From Candidatus Thorarchaeota archaeon (GTDB lineage: Archaea > Asgardarchaeota > Thorarchaeia > Thorarchaeales > Thorarchaeaceae): a DNA stretch of 45,701 nt. Positions within the stretch are counted from its first letter, which is position 1. Every line of letters starts with the position of its first letter. The stretch spans positions 1 to 45,701 of the forward strand of contig JBHLRP010000023.1 in assembly GCA_048882485.1 (NCBI GenBank), in the 5' to 3' direction. The notes beneath the pieces are model-generated. The model saw only the letters and a list, made by a program, of their open reading frames with translations, made no database searches and had not been told where the DNA came from. Made by a program: the position numbers and the translations under genes. Below, in pieces: positions 8,921 through 16,841 of this stretch.

Positions 8921-11900
8921 CTATCCTTTATCTTCTAGCCTTTTTCGTCTAAATGTGTATACGATGCCAACAACTGCAACACCTGCAAGTAAAACCCCAA
9001 GGATAAGATACGTGTAGATCGATAGTGGTATCTGATATGGTTGACCTGCTATTCCAAATAGTGATAGATGCGTCACCTGGGCCCAAACGTATCCAGCGTA
9101 GCTTTCACCATAGACTTCTACGTCCGTAGTATTCACACCTGTTCCAAGAACCCAGTCCAACTCCTCTGTGAGTTTGATCCACATGTCTGTAGTCTCATCA
9201 AACATATAGAGCGATAGTGTCGTTTCATTGACATCTTCAGGGTCTGCGAACAGTCCATTGGAATTCATATCGAGGTCTGCCGCTCTGTAGTACAACCTGA
9301 TAGTGGCTTCCTGAAGAATATCTGTACCCGCCTCTGGAGTGGTGAGAACGACTTCGAGGTACTTGCCAATTGCGATATCATTCCCTACCAGACCGCTCTC
9401 GATTGTCAACTGCTGTGGGGTGTCAGAGTGATCGTAGCGAGCTAACTGGATAATTGGTGAAGACAACTCTACCAGGGCAATTGAAACGATGGAATCAGTT
9501 GTCTTTACTATGTCTATGTCATCTAATCGGAAGTAGTACGAGTATGTCCAGTTATGAAAGACCTCGGCGACGTTATAGTCTATGAGAATTGATTTAGGCA
9601 GGATCGTGACATCTCTACCTCGCAGTATCTGAATTACTTTATAGACATCAGATTTTGCTGCCTCGGAGAGCATGACCACGGTCTGATTATCATCCCAGAC
9701 ACTATAACGAACGGCTATCTCGTGAGAATCGGCTTCCATCATATCGGCAAGTTTGCTCCCGGTGTCAGCAAGAAGGTCGTGCGCAACTCCGCAGACTCCT
9801 TCGCTCTCTGCATCAGGTTTCCCAATAAGTACAATATACCTGCTATCTGTGTAGGACTCCAACAACTCATCAACAGTGACCACGATCACATCTGCATATT
9901 TCTCAAGTTCCGCTATGAAAACCAGACTTGAAATCTCCTGTGCCGGGTCATAGGCAACGACGATGGTTCCACCGAATCCCGCAAAGGTGTCTGGATCTTC
10001 TCCATCTGGTACTCCATCCCAATCAGAATCATGTGACCATGGATTGCTGCCTAATCCTAGTTCTTCTCCATCGAGAACGCCATCGGCATCAGTATCATTG
10101 TGGAGGTAGTCTAGCCACAGCTCAATCTCAAGTCCGTCTTCAACACCATCTCCGTCTGTGTCATTGGAGGTAGCGCTCGTTCCAATCACAGCCTCATCGC
10201 CATCAAGAACGTTATCTCCATCAGAATCCGCGTTTAGTGGATCAGAACCATTCTGGAACTCCAATCCATCAAACCAGAAGTCGCCATCTGAATCTTGGTG
10301 GAGGAGGCTGGTCGCGTGTTGATATTCGAGGGCATCAGGTGCTCCATCTCCATCCGTATCCCCACTATTGGGGTTTGAATTGAGTTGGAATTCAATGAGG
10401 TCAGACAGAGTATCTCCATCCGAATCAGTCACAGAGGGATCGCTGCCAAAATGAAGTTCAATCCCGTCTCCGAGTAGATCTCCGTCCGAGTCCCACAGAG
10501 TCAAGTTTGGTCCTAAGCTACTTGAGAAGCTGAGACTCAATGATTGTGAGAATCCATAGTGCATGGAATACATTGGTGGCACATACGGTATCTCTGGATA
10601 TGTTTGAAGCCACCATTCCTCGTGGTCCGAAGCGCCATCCGAGTCTGTATCTGGCGTGTTTGGATTAGACCCCAAGGTGTATTCAGTGTGATCTGAGAGT
10701 CCATCAAAGTCTGTATCGCTCAATCTGGGATCGCTGGTGACATAGAATGTCAGGCTCTCGGTAGCACTGAACTCCACGTAGATCTCCCATCCTTCGACCT
10801 CTTCGGTATTGGTCAGGCCGTCATCGTCCCAATCAGGATTGGAGTCCATGATGAAGGAGCTTGCCGGCCCTACGTTCTGCGAGAACTTCCAAATCCTTGA
10901 GGTTGAGGGTGGAGTTCCACGTTCGACGGTATCGAGAATGAAGATGTTCTTGTTAGAATCAACTGTGACTGCGATTGGCTGGGTGAAGTTCGCTGTCCCA
11001 TTCCCATACAGGGTGAACGACTTATGTTCAAGTCCATTTGAGTCGAACTTTCTAAGACATGGTCCTTCAGTCGTGTTCCCGAGGACATACACATAGCCAT
11101 CTGAGTCCACATCAATATCTTCCACCGTTACGAACCCATCAGGAAGAGTTGTCAGATACGCTCCATCTGACATTCGGAACTTAGCGACCCTTGTATAGTC
11201 ATAATGCCATGGTTCCGCTTTCTCGCCAATGTATACGTAACCATTTGCAGAGTCGACCGCAATGGCCAATGGATGGTCAAAATCCTCCGGCCCTGGGGTA
11301 CCAGTACACCAGGAACCCCATGTTGTGAGTAGCGCTCCCGACGAATCGTGAACTTCTATTGGATCTAGAAGAGGACCTGGATAACCAAGGATATGTCCTT
11401 CTGTGTACACACATTCGTAATTCGTCATAAAGATGGTTCCTGCCGAATTGATATCTAAGTCAGACTTATGATACGGGACAGTAGCATATAGATCGGGTTC
11501 ATTATAGAATGGCATCACCGCCTTTGTTTCGGGTGTGTAGGTCCCTGGGTTCAGTATTGAACCGTCCAGGTTGAATCGCAAGAGAATGAGATTCCAGTCC
11601 CACCTGTATGTCCAAGCATAGAGCCAGTCGTTTGCTGTGTCAACCTCAAGCTCAAATACGCTGCCATCGATCTCCCAACTATCACCTGAGGTGAAGTATG
11701 AGGTGTCAGGTAGAATCATCTCTGTAAGATTTGGATAGAACTTCTTGATTTCGTCATAGTAGTCATCGCCGAAGCTGGAAGCGTAGACATATCCATATTC
11801 ATCAACAGCAATGTCCTCTACCACACGAGCCATCAGTTCTGGATTTGCAAATTCAACATACTGTCCATCCCAGCCCCAAGCAAATGTCTCTATGTCGCAG

Positions 11901-14900
11901 CTGGTTTCGTAGGACGCCATAGAAATGATTCTTGGACCCAGCACATCTGCAACAGCGTCACCATTCGTGTCGTTCGTTCTTGGATTGGTATTGCTGTAGT
12001 ATTCGTCGAGATCATTGATGCCATCTCCATCGGCATCAATGTGAATGGGATCAGAGGTCACACGAATTGAAAATGGGAGAGAAACATTGTCCATATAGTC
12101 AAAATCTATCACCCATCCTGCAACCTCGATGTAGTCATTCAAGCCATCTTTATCAGAATCTGAGTCTGTTGCATTTGTTCCATAGATGACCTCATAGAAA
12201 TCAAGCAGACCATCACCGTCAGAATCATACGAGGAGGGGTCCGTGCTGCTCTGTTGCACCTCATAAGCATCATTCAGCTTATCGCCATCAGAGTCATAGT
12301 CATACCTTGACGAAACTCCTGATTCCGCGTCGTTCTTGAGGCCATCTCCATCGAAGTCATTTGAAACGATGCCCCTCCAATTCATAAAATCATCAATATT
12401 GCCAGGAAGAACATCGAAGTAGAGTCTAGTGTAATATGGCTCAAATCCCGATTGAGTGCTTTGGAGTATGCTGATGATTTCGTCATTATGATAGCACTCG
12501 AATTCTCCAAACCATTCGTGGTACCACCTGTTCCAGATTTTATACCATGATGTCAGTCCTATTGCCACAGGCAGGTTTGGCATTGCATGTGATAACACAA
12601 AGGATTCAGTTTGTAGATACTGCGCTTGAATCCATGCAGGATTATCAGAGAATCTCGTATCCGGAGGAATATAGTATTCTGTGGTACCTGGGACTTGTAT
12701 TGAAGAGAATATACCCCCTATGGGATCTTCGTAGTTCACAGACAGAAAGAAACTGGGCCAGCACATGCTTTCTGCAAGTCGACCTGCCACATCAGTTCCA
12801 TTTGCGTTTGCTCTACCAATCATTGTGGTTACAATGGTCACTACATCACTCACGTCGAGTCCATTCTTGTCTAAGTCTTGGTAGGATACATCGATGTCTG
12901 AGATGTAGGCCGCAGGCCACATGAACACAGACCGCTTTTGCTCCCCAAAGATGAAGTTGATGAAGAATTCCTTGATCAAATCACCAAGCCCGAGATTCTT
13001 TCCTCCAATCCATCCTAGCAACTCATCTACGAGACTGAAGATTGCAAAGACTCCTCCTGTAAGAACAGACAGATAGAATGTCAATTGGGGTCCAATGACT
13101 GCATCATATAGAAACGTGATGATTCCCCACGTAGCACCATATTCCCTACCTCCACTGCCTCCTATTGCCTCAGCAATTTCAATACCAGCCCAAATAGTCA
13201 GTCCTAGCATAACTGCATACGTCAGGACTTGAATCACTACACCTGCCTTTGACATGCCCTTGAATCGTCCTGTGCATTCCGTTGCGGCGACAGCTCGATC
13301 AGCCAATGCCTGAGCTGTCTTTTCGCCAATTGACAGTTTGTCAAAGTAATATCTCAGTTTGAGGAATACTCTGGGTATTTGTTTCAAGAACATTAGTCCA
13401 GATTTGATATAGAAGTTAACAGAATCCTTCACTGAAGTAATATCACTAATCTCGGCATCGGGTAGACTTACATCTGTTCCATCAACAACTGTGACAACTT
13501 CGACTACTGAAAACCACTTGATAGATGAGATGAGCAGATGATAGTTCACATCATCATCTGTAGTCCAACCAGTCACTTCATTTGCGAACTCATCGAGTGA
13601 TAACGGCTGAAAACTTGTTGTGTTGTATATGTTCATCTTCAGCATCTTTGAAGTAGTAGTACCCAGTGAAGAGAAATCGATTGAGAATGAGGTGGCAACG
13701 GGTAAGTCTGATAGGTCAACTATCTTGTGTTCATTGTCATTTACGATGGTTATTGGCAGAACTCGATTGGAACTGAGGTTCAGAAGCGCACGGGGCAGCA
13801 TTCTATTGCTCATTGATTGAAATGCAACATACTTGCTTTCGAACGATTCAATGGTACTATTCACATCAGCCCCATTGCTAGAAAGAATTGCAGGCATGTC
13901 TGAGATTGAAGTCGTTGTATTTCTCAGGTGCATGTATTCTAGAAGTAAAGTAGAGCCAATCGTGATGTTCCTATCTTCATGATAGAAAATGCCAACATCC
14001 GAGTTATACCACTCCTCAAGATTGATCCCAGAAAAGCAATACTGCTCTTCATAGGTTGCAAGATGTATTGGCTCGCTTGCTGGACTAAGGTCATAGATGT
14101 CAAAGTTGGTCTCCTGAGTACCATTAGCATAGAGCACTCCATCAGAACCAACTGACACATAATATTGGCCCTGTTTCAAGGAGAGGGAGGTACCGTCAAT
14201 ACTATATTCGAATATTGCAGATTCGCTGATATCAGTCCCATTGAAATAAAGAGTACCCGCTGGTGAAACAGTGAGTATAGGTCCATTGACTAATCGTAAT
14301 GCAACCTGACTGTTTTCTAGTTCAATCCATTGAATTGCAGCGTCATTCATTTCACTGGAATTTGCCACAGCTTTGGCATCCGCTCCAATTGTCACATACT
14401 TACCAATATCTGGCGCTCTCAATGCCTTAGGGATGAAGTCTGAATTGCCATTAACTCTCCAAATCAGCTCAGCATCGAATGAGATCCCTGAAGTCCCTGG
14501 ATTTGGGTAATATATTCTACCACTCAACGCCACTACATCATTCCTTTCAGTTATCGGATTGAGTCTGATGAACATTCCATTGGATGTTTCAACAATTCCT
14601 TGCTCTTGCATGGAGCTTGCATCGGGTAAATCTGAAGTAGTGACATTCAACAGAGGTATGACCGTGACATCATCCTTGGAGTCGTCCAAATCTCTCATGA
14701 TGCCCTCATTGTCATTTGGCCAGTTCCATGTCTGAGCGAGTAATCTCAGGTGTTCTGGATTGTCAGGAATAATCTGAAGATCGATGTAAACCGGCTTCCC
14801 GTTGGTAGCAATATCAAAATGAAATGAGGCACCAGTTGTGGAACTGGCATAGGGACTTAGGTCAATTGCATCGTTCACACCATCCCCATCATTGTCAAAA

Positions 14901-15412
14901 TCCCAGCCATTCTTGATGCCATCTCCATCTGAGTCTACATGAACTCCATCACAGACATTATCCCCATCGACATCGACTTCGAATTTATCTACGAACCCAT
15001 CATCGTTTGAATCAGGATTCAATGGATCTAGGTCATTGTACACTTCAAAATCATCACTCAACAAATCTCCATCAGTGTCATTATCATAACGATTAGTAGC
15101 AATAACAGATTCAACGATATCTGGAATTGTATCACCGTCTGAATCCGTCATGTGCGAGGGTGGCGTTGCGGAAATTAATTCCATGACGAGCTCACCCAAT
15201 GAAACTGGTGTTTTGGGATCTGCGATATCTGATAGAATGTTGTGATACTCAGGAGCATTTCCAAATGAGAAATCTAATTCTTGGGAATCAGGAATCTCAG
15301 GAAATTGCATGTCTGCAATTCTCGACACATCCACGCAAACAAGAAGCCCGATGACTAATATCGTGACTCCTATCATAGCTTTCCTTTTCATATTAGCCAC
15401 CAACCCAACCAA
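8921..15412 (-). CDS. Giant (2163 aa) multidomain surface protein with TSP3-like Ca-binding repeats, fascin-like beta-trefoil, hydrophobic helical region, NHL propeller and C-terminal TM
   Basis: Many DxDGDGxxDxxE repeats, NHL-like P..IAVD repeats, a signal peptide and a TM + RRKR tail. The likely start is the ATG of MKRK at 15391. Confidence 0.8.
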   Translation of the reverse strand: MVGLVANMKRKAMIGVTILVIGLLVCVDVSRIADMQFPEIPDSQELDFSFGNAPEYHNILSDIADPKTPVSLGELVMELISATPPSHMTDSDGDTIPDIVESVIATNRYDNDTDGDLLSDDFEVYNDLDPLNPDSNDDGFVDKFEVDVDGDNVCDGVHVDSDGDGIKNGWDFDNDGDGVNDAIDLSPYASSTTGASFHFDIATNGKPVYIDLQIIPDNPEHLRLLAQTWNWPNDNEGIMRDLDDSKDDVTVIPLLNVTTSDLPDASSMQEQGIVETSNGMFIRLNPITERNDVVALSGRIYYPNPGTSGISFDAELIWRVNGNSDFIPKALRAPDIGKYVTIGADAKAVANSSEMNDAAIQWIELENSQVALRLVNGPILTVSPAGTLYFNGTDISESAIFEYSIDGTSLSLKQGQYYVSVGSDGVLYANGTQETNFDIYDLSPASEPIHLATYEEQYCFSGINLEEWYNSDVGIFYHEDRNITIGSTLLLEYMHLRNTTTSISDMPAILSSNGADVNSTIESFESKYVAFQSMSNRMLPRALLNLSSNRVLPITIVNDNEHKIVDLSDLPVATSFSIDFSSLGTTTSKMLKMNIYNTTSFQPLSLDEFANEVTGWTTDDDVNYHLLISSIKWFSVVEVVTVVDGTDVSLPDAEISDITSVKDSVNFYIKSGLMFLKQIPRVFLKLRYYFDKLSIGEKTAQALADRAVAATECTGRFKGMSKAGVVIQVLTYAVMLGLTIWAGIEIAEAIGGSGGREYGATWGIITFLYDAVIGPQLTFYLSVLTGGVFAIFSLVDELLGWIGGKNLGLGDLIKEFFINFIFGEQKRSVFMWPAAYISDIDVSYQDLDKNGLDVSDVVTIVTTMIGRANANGTDVAGRLAESMCWPSFFLSVNYEDPIGGIFSSIQVPGTTEYYIPPDTRFSDNPAWIQAQYLQTESFVLSHAMPNLPVAIGLTSWYKIWNRWYHEWFGEFECYHNDEIISILQSTQSGFEPYYTRLYFDVLPGNIDDFMNWRGIVSNDFDGDGLKNDAESGVSSRYDYDSDGDKLNDAYEVQQSSTDPSSYDSDGDGLLDFYEVIYGTNATDSDSDKDGLNDYIEVAGWVIDFDYMDNVSLPFSIRVTSDPIHIDADGDGINDLDEYYSNTNPRTNDTNGDAVADVLGPRIISMASYETSCDIETFAWGWDGQYVEFANPELMARVVEDIAVDEYGYVYASSFGDDYYDEIKKFYPNLTEMILPDTSYFTSGDSWEIDGSVFELEVDTANDWLYAWTYRWDWNLILLRFNLDGSILNPGTYTPETKAVMPFYNEPDLYATVPYHKSDLDINSAGTIFMTNYECVYTEGHILGYPGPLLDPIEVHDSSGALLTTWGSWCTGTPGPEDFDHPLAIAVDSANGYVYIGEKAEPWHYDYTRVAKFRMSDGAYLTTLPDGFVTVEDIDVDSDGYVYVLGNTTEGPCLRKFDSNGLEHKSFTLYGNGTANFTQPIAVTVDSNKNIFILDTVERGTPPSTSRIWKFSQNVGPASSFIMDSNPDWDDDGLTNTEEVEGWEIYVEFSATESLTFYVTSDPRLSDTDFDGLSDHTEYTLGSNPNTPDTDSDGASDHEEWWLQTYPEIPYVPPMYSMHYGFSQSLSLSFSSSLGPNLTLWDSDGDLLGDGIELHFGSDPSVTDSDGDTLSDLIEFQLNSNPNSGDTDGDGAPDALEYQHATSLLHQDSDGDFWFDGLEFQNGSDPLNADSDGDNVLDGDEAVIGTSATSNDTDGDGVEDGLEIELWLDYLHNDTDADGVLDGEELGLGSNPWSHDSDWDGVPDGEDPDTFAGFGGTIVVAYDPAQEISSLVFIAELEKYADVIVVTVDELLESYTDSRYIVLIGKPDAESEGVCGVAHDLLADTGSKLADMMEADSHEIAVRYSVWDDNQTVVMLSEAAKSDVYKVIQILRGRDVTILPKSILIDYNVAEVFHNWTYSYYFRLDDIDIVKTTDSIVSIALVELSSPIIQLARYDHSDTPQQLTIESGLVGNDIAIGKYLEVVLTTPEAGTDILQEATIRLYYRAADLDMNSNGLFADPEDVNETTLSLYMFDETTDMWIKLTEELDWVLGTGVNTTDVEVYGESYAGYVWAQVTHLSLFGIAGQPYQIPLSIYTYLILGVLLAGVAVVGIVYTFRRKRLEDKG

Positions 15413-15710
15413 CGCGAGTACCCGGGTGTATTCAGCGAAATGACACTCAGAGAGTTATTTCGGAGTTAGAATTGACCACCTAATCCTTGAGATAAACATG
15501 TTGTCCGTTGAAATGTTTCTTAAATGTGGGTTGTTACGCTGATTTTCTTCTCTCATCAAAATTGGCAAGCAGAAGAACAAGACTGGCTCTAGCAGATAGA
15601 TAAAGGAGGCTCAGTAGGAATGGATTATGCCCTAAGATCCTGTGCCCTCAAGAATGTCAACACATGCGGCATCTTCATGAAGATGATAGTATAGACTGAA
15701 TTGGAAAAAT

Positions 15711-15899
15711 CTATCCGCGTACTCGGACACCATGGACCTTTTTGTGCGCCCAAGCATACTGACGAAGTCTAGCTGAAGCACCATAACCACAAGCTGCACA
15801 CTTCTTGTGCCTGACATGGTACGACCTTCTACCGCATCTTCTACATCGTATATGGTGTGGATTGTTTTTCTTACCTCTTGCGGGTGTACCCTTTCCCAT
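15711..15899 (-). CDS. rpl37e: 50S ribosomal protein L37e
   Basis: [21 protein letters not shown] and CAACGYG zinc-finger signature. Confidence 0.97.
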   Translation of the reverse strand: MGKGTPARGKKNNPHHIRCRRCGRRSYHVRHKKCAACGYGASARLRQYAWAHKKVHGVRVRG

Positions 15900-15904
15900 G
15901 AAGT

Positions 15905-16171
15905 CTACTCCTTCTTCTTCCTGCCCTGTTTGGGCGGTGGTGACACAATGATGACGTTGTCGCCTCTGACAATCACATTAGCGACCTGCGTCACAGTCTG
16001 CTCACCAGTTTCGGCATCGATTGAGACCTCTTCTGCATCTTCCAATACGAGATTTAGATGCTGATCAAAGCCACGCAGACGACCCTTGATCTGTTTCCTG
16101 CCTTTTAGCTCAACAAGCACTTGTGCTCCAATCGAGTTCTGTAGGAGTTCCATAGGTCGACCTGCATTCAT
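15905..16171 (-). CDS. lsm: Sm-like (Lsm/SmAP) protein
   Basis: Sm1 ([28 protein letters not shown]) and Sm2 ([13 protein letters not shown]) motifs in the conserved lsm-rpl37e pair. Start moved to the ATG at 16171, after a GGTGAGG SD. Confidence 0.95.
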   Translation of the reverse strand: MNAGRPMELLQNSIGAQVLVELKGRKQIKGRLRGFDQHLNLVLEDAEEVSIDAETGEQTVTQVANVIVRGDNVIIVSPPPKQGRKKKE

Positions 16172-16334
16172 TAGCCTCACCATTGTAGAAGAAACGTCAT
16201 GTGGCCTTGGGCCTGTGACGTTCGCGCTAGTTTTCGGACTTGGCTTAAAAACATGACGATGGAGCTTTTCGTTTTTTCGCCTTCCAGAAGTCAATTCGCA
16301 GCCTTGAAAAGGACTAATGGTCTTCATCAGCAAA

Positions 16335-16841
16335 ATGCCGAAGATAGAACGCATAAAGAAACGCCATTTGCTGAAGAAGCGTGCTCAGCGGGAATATACG
16401 GACCGCATAGAGAAGGAATTGGGTGCGCAGCCAGCAAGTCTTGATCCCAAGGTGAAGCTTGAGGAAGGAGTCCTCGATACAGGGGACCATATCATTCTCT
16501 ATGAAGGTGAGATAATCTTCTTCGAGGACGAAGGCAGACTTCTCCCTACACTCCATGCTCTACTGCGAGGAGTAATCAAGATTCCCACAGTCACTGTCGA
16601 CATGGGTGCGGTTAGATTCGTTGTCAATGGCGCAGACATTATGCGTCCAGGAATCACAAAGATAGACGATGGAATTGCATCAGGGTCAGTGGTCGCGATA
16701 GTTGACGAACGACATGGCAAACCTCTGGCTGTTGGAATATCGAAGATGTCCACAGAGGAGTTGAGAGCGGCATCTGAGGGAAAAGTGATTATGTCGAAAC
16801 ATCATGTCAATGATGCATTATGGGATTTTGGCAAAAGCTAG
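16335..16841 (+). CDS. PUA-domain RNA-binding protein (DUF1947 / MCT-1/Tma20-like)
   Basis: LLPTL, VTVDMGAVRFVVNGADIMRPGI and HHVNDALW motifs. Confidence 0.92.
   Translation: MPKIERIKKRHLLKKRAQREYTDRIEKELGAQPASLDPKVKLEEGVLDTGDHIILYEGEIIFFEDEGRLLPTLHALLRGVIKIPTVTVDMGAVRFVVNGADIMRPGITKIDDGIASGSVVAIVDERHGKPLAVGISKMSTEELRAASEGKVIMSKHHVNDALWDFGKS

Noticed and set aside
16172-16354. N-terminal extension of Lsm in the ORF track
   Set aside because: It overlaps the divergent promoter and the PUA gene. The SD and the Sm fold support a start at 16171.
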